Below are positions 15,058 to 15,355 of a DNA stretch of 15,355 nucleotides, piece by piece (position 1 is the stretch's first letter; each line of letters opens with the position of its first letter). Source of the stretch: a virus (Duplodnaviria; Heunggongvirae; Uroviricota; Caudoviricetes); IMG/VR virus record IMGVR_UViG_2671180279_000001; one strand, given 5' to 3'. Below the pieces are notes generated by a model. The model was not told where the DNA came from. It saw nothing but the letters and a program-made list of their open reading frames with translations, and made no database searches. The translations under genes and the position numbers were made by a program.

Positions 15058-15355
15058 TGTACTGACCCCAAAAAGTTGGACAGTTAAACACGAGGCATAT
15101 AGGTCTGATTCCGATATTCAATTGGAGTCAGACCTTTTAATTTCAGGCTAATTCTTCTGCTGTTGTAGTATTCAATATATTCCGTAACAGCATCCTTCAG
15201 TTCGCTTATATTACTGAACTCATCAAGATAAAAACACTCCGACTTTAAGGTTCCAAAGAAACACTCCACCACAGCATTATCCAGACAATTGCCTTTTCTG
15301 GACATGCTTTGTTTAATACCATGTTCTTTAAGGATATTTTGATATCTTCTCATAC
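15058..15355 (-). mobile_element. IS3-family insertion sequence (IS150-like), end of element; continues past window end
   Basis: Terminus TGTACTGACCCCAAAAAGTTGGACAG starts at 15058 with TG (IS3-family ends are TG...CA); contains the transposase C-terminus on the minus strand. Confidence 0.85.
15084..15355 (-). CDS. IS3-family transposase (OrfB), C-terminal part; N-terminus outside window
   Basis: ...[31 protein letters not shown]...[28 protein letters not shown] is the conserved C-terminal region of IS3-family DDE transposases; reading frame open to the window edge. Confidence 0.85.
   Translation of the reverse strand, partial: MRRYQNILKEHGIKQSMSRKGNCLDNAVVECFFGTLKSECFYLDEFSNISELKDAVTEYIEYYNSRRISLKLKGLTPIEYRNQTYMPRV

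Noticed and set aside
14985-15071. In-frame upstream extension of hok (80-aa ORF starting MGSVQSEANF...), considered as a possible mok-like leader
   Set aside because: The mok leader ORF of hok loci overlaps hok in a different frame, as I recall; this extension is in the same frame and its start lies inside the IS terminal repeat, so it is most likely read-through of an open frame.
1-15355. CRISPR arrays, rRNA genes, integrase or attachment sites
   Set aside because: No regularly spaced direct repeats, no rRNA-like sequence and no tyrosine or serine recombinase ORF are present; the prophage ends are replaced by IS elements within this window.

Overview
This window is a lambdoid prophage remnant of the E. 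coli/Shigella type (Rac/Qin-like mosaic), bounded by the right end of IS1 (1-297) and an IS3-family, IS150-like element (15058 to window end). Almost every gene is on the minus strand, running from high to low coordinates: Hok-family toxin, a DUF1367-like protein, a YbcO-like protein, a Q-like antiterminator, a tR'-like terminator, two tandem lipoproteins whose C-terminal domain resembles TolA domain III, a phage-21-type lysis cassette (pinholin, SAR endolysin, Rz/Rz1), the potassium transporter trkG as a self-contained AT-rich cassette, a ParB-like protein coupled to an uncharacterised 310-aa protein, then small and large terminase, portal, Mu-F-like head morphogenesis protein and a scaffold-like protein cut by IS1. 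The most interesting candidates are the TolA-III-mimic lipoprotein pair at the Q/lysis junction and the ParB-like plus 310-aa gene pair upstream of the terminase. All identifications rest on reading the translated ORFs and on recalled family sequences; no database search was run, so names and symbols should be confirmed by BLAST/HMM search.
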